DNA from: Octopus sinensis
Taxonomy: Eukaryota
Direction of reading: 5' to 3'
NCBI RefSeq assembly: GCF_006345805.1
Contig: NC_043012.1
Coordinates: 41,416,001 to 41,480,000, forward strand
DNA length: 64,000 bases
The notes below the pieces were generated by a model. The model was not told where the DNA came from. It did no database searches and saw only the letters and a program-made list of their open reading frames with translations. Each line of letters opens with the position of its first letter. Position 1 is the first letter of the stretch. Below are positions 63,369 through 64,000 of the stretch, one piece after another. Position numbers and translations under genes: made by a program.

Positions 63369-64000
63369 ATATATATATATATTATATTGTATTATATTAT
63401 ATAAGCTTAAAGCTTATAAGCGATCACCGTTTATTGACTAAAATCAATAACCTAATATTGGGGCCTGTAAGCCCTCGATAGAAAAACGTGGGTTTTCCGT
63501 ACGCGTAGAGCCTTAGGCAGGCGTTTTCTATTATTATGAACTCAAGTCGATCAAAGCCTTCTAAGTGAATACGGTCAGATGAAATTGAAATACGGTAGAA
63601 GGAAACCCGTGCACATATGCAGGGGCAAGTGTGTGCGTTTGTTTGTATTTTGGAAAGTTCCCAGCAATGGGTAAAAGAAAATACAGGAGGATCCACGCAC
63701 TTATTGCAGGGATCCTTCAGGTTTTCCAAGCCCTGTAAAAGAACTGGGGATGTTCGGCCCCAGCCAGGCATTTGAAGAAACCCTTACAAACGGGTACTAT
63801 TCAGGAACCCCTCTCGTATGTATATTATACACACGCTGACTCACACACATACACACACAAACACAAAGCACACGCACTTTCAAATACACACAAACGCAAA
63901 CCACACATACACACAGATACATACATACATACATATATATATATTCATAATACATAAATGCATGCATACATATATACATACATACATACATACATAAATA

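Noticed and set aside
63424-63771. 115-aa minus-strand ORF
   Set aside because: No recognisable domain; overlaps SINE-like sequence.

Overview
Eukaryotic, very AT-rich genomic DNA dense in microsatellites ((TA)n, (GATA)n, (CA)n, (TAA)n, (GAT)n). The repeat families point to an octopus (Octopus sp.) intronic or intergenic region; this is an inference from the tRNA-derived SINE families and the repeat landscape. Almost all ORFs in the supplied track are translations of microsatellites. Supportable content: (1) a near full-length CR1/L2-group LINE (about 50.7-55.4 kb) with a tandem-monomer 5' region, an ORF1 combining a Myb/SANT-like trihelix domain and a CCCH zinc finger, and an APE-RT ORF2 broken by about ten single-base deletions; (2) a full-length D34D mariner (58754-60046) and a D37D maT element (about 22527-23684); (3) fragments of R4/Dong LINEs in (TAA)n tracts, Tx1-type LINEs in (TATC)n tracts, and RTE LINEs; (4) about 30 SINE copies from at least four families, two of which share 3' tails with LINEs in this same window; (5) two Penelope-like fragments carrying a minimal hammerhead-ribozyme-like motif; (6) a 106-bp-arm inverted repeat; (7) host-gene traces on the minus strand: a likely signal-peptide exon (740-849) and a decayed cadherin-repeat segment (about 11.9-12.2 kb). 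There is one assembly gap of about 100 N. No rRNA, bona fide tRNA or CRISPR array was seen. All family assignments are by eye from motifs; no database search was run.
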